Shown piece after piece: positions 56,701-64,000 of a stretch of DNA of 64,000 bases. Source of the DNA: Candidatus Levyibacteriota bacterium (lineage in GTDB: Bacteria; Patescibacteriota; Microgenomatia; Levybacterales; UBA12049). Within the stretch, counting starts at the first letter, position 1, and the number at the start of each line of letters is the position of its first letter. The stretch is taken from positions 686,980-750,979 of the forward strand of contig CAWBPM010000002.1 in assembly GCA_963790825.1 (NCBI GenBank), read 5' to 3'. The notes beneath the pieces were generated by a model, which saw only the letters and a program-made list of their open reading frames with translations, had not been told where the DNA came from and searched no databases. Position numbers and translations under genes: made by a program.

Positions 56701-59700
56701 ATGATTTGTGAGTTTCCGGTAATTTGACCTATTAAGGTATGTGCTCCCAGTTGTAAGGTGCCGGAAGAGGCAGAAATTATGTGGTTACCGGTACCTGTGG
56801 AGAAAGTAAGTCCCGCACCATTTCCCGTTAGGGTAAGACCGGTGGTACCGGACGAGGTGATATCCGTTCCTTGGATAGTGCTACTAGTATTAATCGTACC
56901 AAAACCAGTTGTAATAGATCCCGCGGAGAGAGCACTGACTGTTGTCAGGGAGGAGGAGGTAACACCGGTTCCCAGGGTTGTACCCGAAAGAACATCGGTA
57001 CTATTAATCTTGAAGGTAGAGCCGGTTGAGAGATTAAGATTACCGGCAATATCCAGTTTCTGGGTTGGAAGACTGGTACCGATTCCTACGTTACCACTCT
57101 GAGTGATAACAAATCTACTAAGTCCCGAGGAAGAAGCGGTAAAGAGATCTCCCTTCCCTGAGTTATTAACTACCAATGCAGCATAGGCAGTAGTCGCTGC
57201 TATGGAAGCAACCGGATTTATTCCTTCTGCGGTTGTACCATAGATATGGAAATTAGCGGAGGAAGTACTAACTCCACCCAGGAGTAGATCCTGAGTAATA
57301 TTAGATTGTATAATAGTTCCTCCCGAACTGACGAATCCTCCGCATGTTCCCCAAGTAGGAGCAGCACTACTGTTACTATTCAAGCATTGTCCGGTTGTTC
57401 CGACTGCCAAAGTTCCGCCTAAGACTCCGGTTGCCGAGTAGTACGGGAGAGCGTATTGGGCAGCTACACTATTGTTGAATCCTGTACCGCCGTACTGACT
57501 GGTGATAAGTGTTGCGTTCCAGGTACCGGAGGTGAGTGTTCCGACTGTTGTCAGGGAGGAGGAGGTAACACCGGTTCCCAGGGTTGTTGAGGAGAGAACG
57601 CTGTTGCCGGCGATCTGGTAAGCACCGCTGACACTGTTAAGGTTACCCGAGTGGTCAAGGGTAAAGACCGTAGTACCGGATGCACTGGCAGTCAGGATAT
57701 TCTGGTTGCCGGTTTCATTAAGTGAGACTAAGGCTTTACCGGTTTGTTTCCCGTTGACTTCCAGCTGGAAGTTAGTGGTAGCATTACCGCCGAGAATGAG
57801 TTTATCAGTATTGGTAGCGGCATTTCCGGGTGAGATGACGTTTGAGGTATCTGTCCAGTAGTTGGTAGTTCCGGCACAGTTACCGGTTGAGAGACAGAGA
57901 GTACCGCTGGCATCCGGAATAGTAAGGGTTCTGGTATTTCCGGTAGTAATTCCTGAGAGCTGGAAGGCAAGCTTTTTAGTACTGTCTAAATTATTCTGGA
58001 AGAGAGTGGAGCTATCGGTTAGGGTTTTATTGGTTAGAGTGTCTGTACTGGCACGTCCGACAATAGTATCGGACACGGACGGGAAAGTTAAGGTGGTACC
58101 ATCGGTTCCGGCAAAGGTAAGGTTATTGTTGACAGTCAGGATTTTCCCGGCAGCAATGGAAAGAGTATTAGTACCGTTATTGGTGATTGTTAAACCATTA
58201 ACTGTTCCTGAGGCAGTAAGGTTACCCGAGTGGTCAAGGGTAAAGACCGTAGTACCGGATGCACTGGCAGTCAGGATATTCTGGTTGCCGGTTTCATTAA
58301 GTGAGACTAAGGCTTTACCGGTTTGTTTCCCGTTGACTTCCAGCTGGAAGTTAGTGGTAGCATTACCGCCGAGAATGAGTTTATCAGTATTGGTAGCGGC
58401 ATTTCCGGGTGAGATGACGTTTGAGGTATCTGTCCAGTAGTTGGTAGTTCCGGCACAGTTACCGGTTGAGAGACAGAGAGTACCGCTGGCATCCGGAATA
58501 GTAAGGGTTCTGGTATTTCCGGTAGTAATTCCTGAGAGCTGGAAGGCAAGCTTTTTAGTACTGTCTAAATTATTCTGGAAGAGAGTGGAGCTATCGGTTA
58601 GGGTTTTATTGGTTAGAGTGTCTGTACTGGCACGTCCGACAATAGTATCGGACACGGACGGGAAAGTTAAGGTGGTACCATCGGTTCCGGCAAAGGTAAG
58701 GTTATTGTTGACAGTCAGGATTTTCCCGGCAGCAATGGAAAGAGTATTAGTACCGTTATTGGTGATTGTTAAACCATTAACTGTTCCTGAGGCAGTAAGG
58801 TTACCCGAGTGGTCAAGGGTAAAGACCGTAGTACCGGATGCACTGGCAGTCAGGATATTCTGGTTGCCGGTTTCATTAAGTGAGACTAAGGCTTTACCGG
58901 TTTGTTTCCCGTTGACTTCCAGCTGGAAGTTAGTGGTAGCATTACCGCCGAGAATGAGTTTATCAGTATTGGTAGCGGCATTTCCGGGTGAGATGACGTT
59001 TGAGGTATCTGTCCAGTAGTTGGTAGTTCCGGCACAGTTACCGGTTGAGAGACAGAGAGTACCGCTGGCATCCGGAATAGTAAGGGTTCTGGTATTTCCG
59101 GTAGTAATTCCTGAGAGCTGGAAGGCAAGCTTTTTAGTACTGTCTAAATTATTCTGGAAGAGAGTGGAGCTATCGGTTAGGGTTTTATTGGTTAGAGTGT
59201 CTGTACTGGCACGTCCGACAATAGTATCGGACACGGACGGGAAAGTTAAGGTGGTACCATCGGTTCCGGCAAAGGTAAGGTTATTGTTGACAGTCAGGAT
59301 TTTCCCGGCAGCAATGGAAAGAGTATTAGTACCGTTATTGGTGATTGTTAAACCATTAACTGTTCCTGAGGCAGTAAGGTTACCCGAGTGGTCAAGGGTA
59401 AAGACCGTAGTACCGGATGCACTGGCAGTCAGGATATTCTGGTTGCCGGTTTCATTAAGTGAGACTAAGGCTTTACCGGTTTGTTTCCCGTTGACTTCCA
59501 GCTGGAAGTTAGTGGTAGCATTACCGCCGAGAATGAGTTTATCAGTATTGGTAGCGGCATTTCCGGGTGAGATGACGTTTGAGGTATCTGTCCAGTAGTT
59601 GGTAGTTCCGGCACAGTTACCGGTTGAGAGACAGAGAGTACCGCTGGCATCCGGAATAGTAAGGGTTCTGGTATTTCCGGTAGTAATTCCTGAGAGCTGG

Positions 59701-62700
59701 AAGGCAAGCTTTTTAGTACTGTCTAAATTATTCTGGAAGAGAGTGGAGCTATCGGTTAGGGTTTTATTGGTTAGAGTGTCTGTACTGGCACGTCCGACAA
59801 TAGTATCGGACACGGACGGGAAAGTTAAGGTGGTACCATCGGTTCCGGCAAAGGTAAGGTTATTGTTGACAGTCAGGATTTTCCCGGCAGCAATGGAAAG
59901 AGTATTAGTACCGTTATTGGTGATTGTTAAACCATTAACTGTTCCTGAGGCAGTAAGGTTACCCGAGCGGTCAAGGGTAAAGACCGTAGTACCGGATGCA
60001 CTGGCAGTCAGGATATTCTGGTTGCCGGTTTCATTAAGAATAGTAAGGGCTTTCCCCGTTACTTTCCCTTCAACATCGAGTTTTGATACCGGAGTTATCC
60101 CTACGCCAAGCAGTTTATTAGTACTGTCAAAGTACAAGGTAGAATCAGACGAGATAGTACTACTACCAGTAAAGAAAGCCAACTGGTTGGCAACTCCACC
60201 TGAAGCTGTAACTCCGCTCGTACCGGTACAAGATCCCCAAGAAGGAACAGCAGTGACACCTCCCGATACCAGGCAGGAACCGATTGCTACATCCGAGAGT
60301 TTCCCCCAGGTATTTGTTCCCGATCCGTAGAGAAGATCTCCGGTGGTAACGGTTGTCTGTCCTGTACCGCCGTAGAGTGTACCTATAGCACTTCCCTGCC
60401 AAGTACCAGTACCAATTGTCCCGACCGTTGTCAGGGAGGAGGAGGTAACACCGGTTCCCAGGGTTGTTGAGGAGAGAACGCTGTTACCGGCGATCTGGTA
60501 AGCACCGCTGACACTGTTAAGGTTACCCGAGTGGTCAAGGGTAAAGACCGTAGTACCGGATGCACTGGCAGTCAGGATATTCTGGTTGCCGGTTTCATTA
60601 AGTGAGACTAAGGCTTTACCGGTTTGTTTCCCGTTGACTTCCAGCTGGAAGTTAGTGGTAGCATTACCGCCGAGAATGAGTTTATCAGTATTGGTAGCGG
60701 CATTTCCGGGTGAGATGACGTTTGAGGTATCTGTCCAGTAGTTGGTAGTTCCGGCACAGTTACCGGTTGAGAGACAGAGAGTACCGCTGGCATCCGGAAT
60801 AGTAAGGGTTCTGGTATTTCCGGTAGTAATTCCTGAGAGCTGGAAGGCAAGCTTTTTAGTACTGTCTAAATTATTCTGGAAGAGAGTGGAGCTATCGGTT
60901 AGGGTTTTATTGGTTAGAGTGTCTGTACTGGCACGTCCGACAATAGTATCGGACACGGACGGGAAAGTTAAGGTGGTACCATCGGTTCCGGCAAAGGTAA
61001 GGTTATTGTTGACAGTCAGGATTTTCCCGGCAGCAATGGAAAGAGTATTAGTACCGTTATTGGTGATTGTTAAACCATTAACTGTTCCTGAGGCAGTAAG
61101 GTTACCCGAGTGGTCAAGGGTAAAGACCGTAGTACCGGATGCACTGGCAGTCAGGATATTCTGGTTGCCGGTTTCATTAAGTGAGACTAAGGCTTTACCG
61201 GTTTGTTTCCCGTTGACTTCCAGCTGGAAGTTAGTGGTAGCATTACCGCCGAGAATGAGTTTATCAGTATTGGTAGCGGCATTTCCGGGTGAGATGACGT
61301 TTGAGGTATCTGTCCAGTAGTTGGTAGTTCCGGCACAGTTACCGGTTGAGAGACAGAGAGTACCGCTGGCATCCGGAATAGTAAGGGTTCTGGTATTTCC
61401 GGTAGTAATTCCTGAGAGCTGGAAGGCAAGCTTTTTAGTACTGTCTAAATTATTCTGGAAGAGAGTGGAGCTATCGGTTAGGGTTTTATTGGTTAGAGTG
61501 TCTGTACTGGCACGTCCGACAATAGTATCGGACACGGACGGGAAAGTTAAGGTGGTACCATCGGTTCCGGCAAAGGTAAGGTTATTGTTGACAGTCAGGA
61601 TTTTCCCGGCAGCAATGGAAAGAGTATTAGTACCGTTATTGGTGATTGTTAAACCATTAACTGTTCCTGAGGCAGTAAGGTTACCCGAGTGGTCAAGGGT
61701 AAAGACCGTAGTACCGGATGCACTGGCAGTCAGGATATTCTGGTTGCCGGTTTCATTAAGCGAGACTAAGGCTTTACCGGTTTGTTTCCCGTTGACTTCC
61801 AGCTGGAAGTTAGTGGTAGCATTACCGCCGAGAATGAGTTTATCAGTATTGGTAGCGGCATTTCCGGGTGAGATGACGTTTGAGGTATCTGTCCAGTAGT
61901 TGGTAGTTCCGGCACAGTTACCGGTTGAGAGACAGAGAGTACCGCTGGCATCCGGAATAGTAAGGGTTCTGGTATTTCCGGTAGTAATTCCTGAGAGCTG
62001 GAAGGCAAGCTTTTTAGTACTGTCTAAATTATTCTGGAAGAGAGTGGAGCTATCGGTTAGGGTTTTATTGGTTAGAGTGTCTGTACTGGCACGTCCGACA
62101 ATAGTATCGGACACGGACGGGAAAGTTAAGGTGGTACCATCGGTTCCGGCAAAGGTAAGGTTATTGTTGACAGTCAGGATTTTCCCGGCAGCAATGGAAA
62201 GAGTATTAGTACCGTTATTGGTGATTGTTAAACCATTAACTGTTCCTGAGGCAGTAAGGTTACCCGAGCGGTCAAGGGTAAAGACCGTAGTACCGGATGC
62301 ACTGGCAGTCAGGATATTCTGGTTGCCGGTTTCATTAAGTGAGACTAAGGCTTTACCGGTTTGTTTCCCGTTGACTTCCAGCCTGAAGTTAGTCGTAGTT
62401 CCCGAGTCAGCCAGGAGGAGTGAATCGCTGGCTGTTGCCGGAGAGAGGGTAGTGGTATTTCTCTGGAAGTAATTGGTGCCCAGTCCGGTACAAGACGACC
62501 AGCTTGGTGCAGCAGTGGTATTGCCAACCAGACATTGTCCGGTTGTTCCGACTGCCAAAGTTCCGCCTAAGACTCCGGTTGCCGAGTAGTACGGGAGAGC
62601 GTATTGGGCAGCTGCACTATTGTTGAATCCTGTACCGCCGTACTGACTGGTGATAAGTGTTGCGTTCCAGGTACCGGAGGTGAGTGTTCCGACTGTTGTC

Positions 62701-64000
62701 AGGGAGGAGGAGGTAACACCGGTTCCCAGGGTTGTACCCGAAAGAACATCGGTACTATTAATCTTGAAGGTAGAGCCGGTTGAGAGATTAAGATTACCGG
62801 CAATATCCAGTTTCTGGGTTGGAAGACTGGTACCGATTCCTACATTACCACTCTGAGTGATAACAAATCTACTAAGTCCCGAGGAAGAAGCGGTAAAGAG
62901 ATCTCCCTTCCCTGAGTTATTAACTACCAGGGCAGCATAGGCAGTAGTCGCTGCTATGGAAGCAACCGGATTTATTCCTTCTGCGGTTGTACCATAGATA
63001 TGGAAATTAGCGGAGGAAGTACTAACTCCACCCAGGAGTAGATCCTGAGTAATATTAGATTGTATAATAGTTCCTCCCGAACTGACGAATCCTCCGCATG
63101 TTCCCCAAGTAGGAGCAGCACTACTGTTACTATTCAAGCATTGTCCGGTTGTTCCCATAGCAAGGGTTCCGCCTAAGACTCCGGTTGCCGAGTAGTACGG
63201 GAGAGCGTATTGGGCAGCTGCACTATTGTTGAATCCTGTACCGCCGTACTGACTGGTGATAAGTGTTGCGTTCCAGGTACCGGAGGTGAGTGTTCCGACT
63301 GTTGTCAGGGAGGAGGAGGTAACACCGGTTCCCAGGGTTGTTGAGGAGAGAACGCTGTTGCCGGCGATCTGGTAAGCACCGCTGACACTGTTAAGGTTAC
63401 CCGAGCGGTCAAGGGTAAAGACCGTAGTACCGGATGCACTGGCAGTCAGGATATTCTGGTTGCCGGTTTCATTAAGCGAGACTAAGGCTTTACCGGTTTG
63501 TTTCCCGTTGACTTCCAGCCTGAAGTTAGTCGTAGTTCCCGAGTCAGCCAGGAGGAGTGAATCGCTGGCTGTTGCCGGAGAGAGGGTAGTGGTATTTCTC
63601 TGGAAGTAATTGGTGCCCAGTCCGGTACAAGACGACCAGCTTGGTGCAGCAGTGGTATTGCCAACCAGACATTGTCCGGTTGTTCCGACTGCCAAAGTTC
63701 CGCCTAAGACTCCGGTTGCCGAGTAGTACGGGAGAGCGTATTGGGCAGCTGCACTATTGTTGAATCCTGTACCGCCGTACTGACTGGTGATAAGTGTTGC
63801 GTTCCAGGTACCGGAGGTGAGTGTTCCGACTGTTGTCAGGGAGGAGGAGGTAACACCGGTTCCCAGGGTTGTTGAGGAGAGAACGCTGTTACCGGCGATC
63901 TGGTAAGCACCGCTGACACTGTTAAGGTTACCCGAGTGGTCAAGGGTAAAGACCGTAGTACCGGATGCACTGGCAGTCAGGATATTCTGGTTGCCGGTTT
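53742..64000 (-). CDS. giant Gly/Thr/Ser/Asn-rich repetitive surface protein (over 3,400 aa; N-terminus lies beyond the window edge)
   Basis: Single open minus-strand frame from the stop at 53742 to the window end; the listed start at 63695 is only an in-frame TTG and upstream codons continue the repeat. Contains at least 10 near-identical 193-aa repeats and a higher-order repeat of about 380 aa; the non-repetitive C-terminal 600 aa has a coiled-coil-like segment followed by a beta-rich domain. Confidence 0.8.
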   Translation of the reverse strand, partial: TGNQNILTASASGTTVFTLDHSGNLNSVSGAYQIAGNSVLSSTTLGTGVTSSSLTTVGTLTSGTWNATLITSQYGGTGFNNSAAAQYALPYYSATGVLGGTLAVGTTGQCLVGNTTAAPSWSSCTGLGTNYFQRNTTTLSPATASDSLLLADSGTTTNFRLEVNGKQTGKALVSLNETGNQNILTASASGTTVFTLDRSGNLNSVSGAYQIAGNSVLSSTTLGTGVTSSSLTTVGTLTSGTWNATLITSQYGGTGFNNSAAAQYALPYYSATGVLGGTLAMGTTGQCLNSNSSAAPTWGTCGGFVSSGGTIIQSNITQDLLLGGVSTSSANFHIYGTTAEGINPVASIAATTAYAALVVNNSGKGDLFTASSSGLSRFVITQSGNVGIGTSLPTQKLDIAGNLNLSTGSTFKINSTDVLSGTTLGTGVTSSSLTTVGTLTSGTWNATLITSQYGGTGFNNSAAAQYALPYYSATGVLGGTLAVGTTGQCLVGNTTAAPSWSSCTGLGTNYFQRNTTTLSPATASDSLLLADSGTTTNFRLEVNGKQTGKALVSLNETGNQNILTASASGTTVFTLDRSGNLTASGTVNGLTITNNGTNTLSIAAGKILTVNNNLTFAGTDGTTLTFPSVSDTIVGRASTDTLTNKTLTDSSTLFQNNLDSTKKLAFQLSGITTGNTRTLTIPDASGTLCLSTGNCAGTTNYWTDTSNVISPGNAATNTDKLILGGNATTNFQLEVNGKQTGKALVSLNETGNQNILTASASGTTVFTLDHSGNLTASGTVNGLTITNNGTNTLSIAAGKILTVNNNLTFAGTDGTTLTFPSVSDTIVGRASTDTLTNKTLTDSSTLFQNNLDSTKKLAFQLSGITTGNTRTLTIPDASGTLCLSTGNCAGTTNYWTDTSNVISPGNAATNTDKLILGGNATTNFQLEVNGKQTGKALVSLNETGNQNILTASASGTTVFTLDHSGNLTASGTVNGLTITNNGTNTLSIAAGKILTVNNNLTFAGTDGTTLTFPSVSDTIVGRASTDTLTNKTLTDSSTLFQNNLDSTKKLAFQLSGITTGNTRTLTIPDASGTLCLSTGNCAGTTNYWTDTSNVISPGNAATNTDKLILGGNATTNFQLEVNGKQTGKALVSLNETGNQNILTASASGTTVFTLDHSGNLNSVSGAYQIAGNSVLSSTTLGTGVTSSSLTTVGTIGTGTWQGSAIGTLYGGTGQTTVTTGDLLYGSGTNTWGKLSDVAIGSCLVSGGVTAVPSWGSCTGTSGVTASGGVANQLAFFTGSSTISSDSTLYFDSTNKLLGVGITPVSKLDVEGKVTGKALTILNETGNQNILTASASGTTVFTLDRSGNLTASGTVNGLTITNNGTNTLSIAAGKILTVNNNLTFAGTDGTTLTFPSVSDTIVGRASTDTLTNKTLTDSSTLFQNNLDSTKKLAFQLSGITTGNTRTLTIPDASGTLCLSTGNCAGTTNYWTDTSNVISPGNAATNTDKLILGGNATTNFQLEVNGKQTGKALVSLNETGNQNILTASASGTTVFTLDHSGNLTASGTVNGLTITNNGTNTLSIAAGKILTVNNNLTFAGTDGTTLTFPSVSDTIVGRASTDTLTNKTLTDSSTLFQNNLDSTKKLAFQLSGITTGNTRTLTIPDASGTLCLSTGNCAGTTNYWTDTSNVISPGNAATNTDKLILGGNATTNFQLEVNGKQTGKALVSLNETGNQNILTASASGTTVFTLDHSGNLTASGTVNGLTITNNGTNTLSIAAGKILTVNNNLTFAGTDGTTLTFPSVSDTIVGRASTDTLTNKTLTDSSTLFQNNLDSTKKLAFQLSGITTGNTRTLTIPDASGTLCLSTGNCAGTTNYWTDTSNVISPGNAATNTDKLILGGNATTNFQLEVNGKQTGKALVSLNETGNQNILTASASGTTVFTLDHSGNLTASGTVNGLTITNNGTNTLSIAAGKILTVNNNLTFAGTDGTTLTFPSVSDTIVGRASTDTLTNKTLTDSSTLFQNNLDSTKKLAFQLSGITTGNTRTLTIPDASGTLCLSTGNCAGTTNYWTDTSNVISPGNAATNTDKLILGGNATTNFQLEVNGKQTGKALVSLNETGNQNILTASASGTTVFTLDHSGNLNSVSGAYQIAGNSVLSSTTLGTGVTSSSLTTVGTLTSGTWNATLITSQYGGTGFNNSVAAQYALPYYSATGVLGGTLAVGTTGQCLNSNSSAAPTWGTCGGFVSSGGTIIQSNITQDLLLGGVSTSSANFHIYGTTAEGINPVASIAATTAYAALVVNNSGKGDLFTASSSGLSRFVITQSGNVGIGTSLPTQKLDIAGNLNLSTGSTFKINSTDVLSGTTLGTGVTSSSLTTVSALSAGSITTGFGTINTSSTIQGTDITSSGTTGLTLTGNGAGLTFSTGTGNHIISASSGTLQLGAHTLIGQITGNSQIITGLGTINGLAITANTGTITTGTWNATLITSQYGGTGFNNSAAAQYALPYYTSTGVLGGALAMGTTAQCLLANTSAAPTWGACDTSPGVNLWNQVNGTISPKNATVDLLLGGISTPSATFHVYGSTLAGTSPVASIAANTSYSALVVSNSGKGDLFTASVSGATRFVVNNSGWVGIGTSIPGAALQISGSDTSSPGSEIWITNTGTNGRAWRIGDGPYVANGTFAITDQTAAANRFAIDSSGDIGINSSSPNAILDVRGVGNTTLSGITPVASISGKTSAAALVVDNSGNGDIFTASVSGATRFVIQNDGSIIQNSNASTGIADMLNANSLTTGYGLDISSTSTGLTTNGALGYFSYNPGSATTSTGDVLDLNVGANASGANGSIANIFNIMDNGSTDFSVSQSQILGNLPVQFTAPGDTTMAYDLDFTNPTASFIKSSSALTLQAGDLYTSSDLTLGTYNSGNVIVNSQAFSVNGAATISGQLTVQPTYKVGIGTATPGLALDVQDNQSATASARIYNLNSTSGVGNSGPVGLLVQLGYTAITNNSEDHFINLLDGNGNLRGSAQANGTGVTWKTSGIADLAEYLSKDPNETIPWGSILCEDTNGIVHPCGSSNTSGDIVGVASEYPGFVGGQDQGNASITIGLSGEVNTLVSTDNGPIQAGDYITLSNTQGVGVKATTFGKVVGKALQSYSDSGVGTIEVLVGPTLFAPSTFITASGNVYTSTANNSNSGYVATVSEPPAQSSQTEPETLGATDEARLTNLENTTSQQGSEITSLSGQVNNLSDQENQLASQSAFLTSMLQSPLLSSLIASGSGTFADVGSLDMQDATVSGQLEVLGRTTLNDLGVTGTITAGVTTIDGLNGTIDTISQPLQLQSEGLANIELENNSVVIKTNGDITTQGVLTAHKVNIDNSDSASASLGDVVIKAGGTQAVVTTTALTAKSRIFTTSDTPVPVGSKANDATSFTITLSKSQASDVKVSWWIVN
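57550..60050 (-). repeat. tandem array A of near-identical 579-bp intragenic repeats (about 4.3 units)
   Basis: Identical alternative-frame ORF shadows spaced exactly 579 bp apart (plus 57862/58441/59020/59599; minus 57728/58307/58886/59465) show roughly 99-100% DNA identity between units. Confidence 0.75.
60450..62350 (-). repeat. tandem array B of the same 579-bp unit (about 3.3 units)
   Basis: Shadow ORFs at plus 60742/61321/61900 and minus 60608/61187/61766 are identical to those of array A; the arrays are separated by a 380-aa block that itself recurs near 63400+. Confidence 0.75.

Noticed and set aside
57550-62350. Possibility that the regular 579-bp repeats are a CRISPR array
   Set aside because: The unit is 579 bp with no short repeat and spacer alternation, it is fully in frame within a protein-coding gene, and no cas genes are present.
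53803-63664. Many identical 60-243-aa ORFs on the plus strand and in alternative minus frames (for example 57862..58440, 58441..59019 and 57728..57970) that looked like a family of duplicated small genes
   Set aside because: They are alternative-frame shadows of the 579-bp tandem repeats inside the single giant minus-strand gene. Their identity reflects the repeat, not separate genes.

Overview
This 64-kb window is AT-rich bacterial chromosome (about 40% GC) with streamlined, Candidate-Phyla-Radiation/Patescibacteria-like features; the lineage call is inference. Minus strand, left end: tRNA-Cys, a small GIY-YIG nuclease gene, and a stand-alone 16S rRNA gene with its own terminator and no linked 23S/5S. 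Next come a class-I Fic toxin with a small FicA-type antitoxin gene, and an IS30-family insertion sequence. The middle holds housekeeping genes: prs, a SpoU-type RNA methyltransferase, topA, dprA, an mrdA-mreD-mreC-(unknown gene)-mreB cell-shape cluster, an O-antigen-ligase/TPR protein, def and fmt (split by an opposite-strand surface-protein gene), rpmB and an M50 protease. A fragmented ancestral str-type cluster follows: tRNA-Thr(TGT), a frameshifted HNH endonuclease, tRNA-Tyr, tRNA-Thr(GGT), rpmG and tRNA-Trp. Then a 15-kb block of metabolic and repair genes intervenes (GNAT, purA-like, NUDIX, alkD-like, ddl, sensor-kinase-like, GH57-like, PAP2, galU). The cluster resumes with secE-nusG-(extra small ORF)-rplK-rplA-rplJ-rplL. 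Where rpoB/rpoC would normally follow there is a 1.1-kb noncoding region and then a locus of giant secreted proteins. These are a 1770-aa LamG-repeat protein, two tandem DUF1566 (Lcl C-terminal domain) paralogs, and a repeat protein of more than 3,400 aa that runs off the window edge and carries near-identical 579-bp tandem units. Noteworthy sequence-level signals: an 8-bp-periodic TTTTGAAT/GAATTTTGAATT repeat family in r-protein leaders and as in-frame insertions in mreB, dprA and the SpoU gene; Shine-Dalgarno-sequestering hairpins before rplA and rplL; a terminator plus a 12-aa uORF in the rplJ leader; and a 16S gene whose 515F primer site carries compensatory substitutions.
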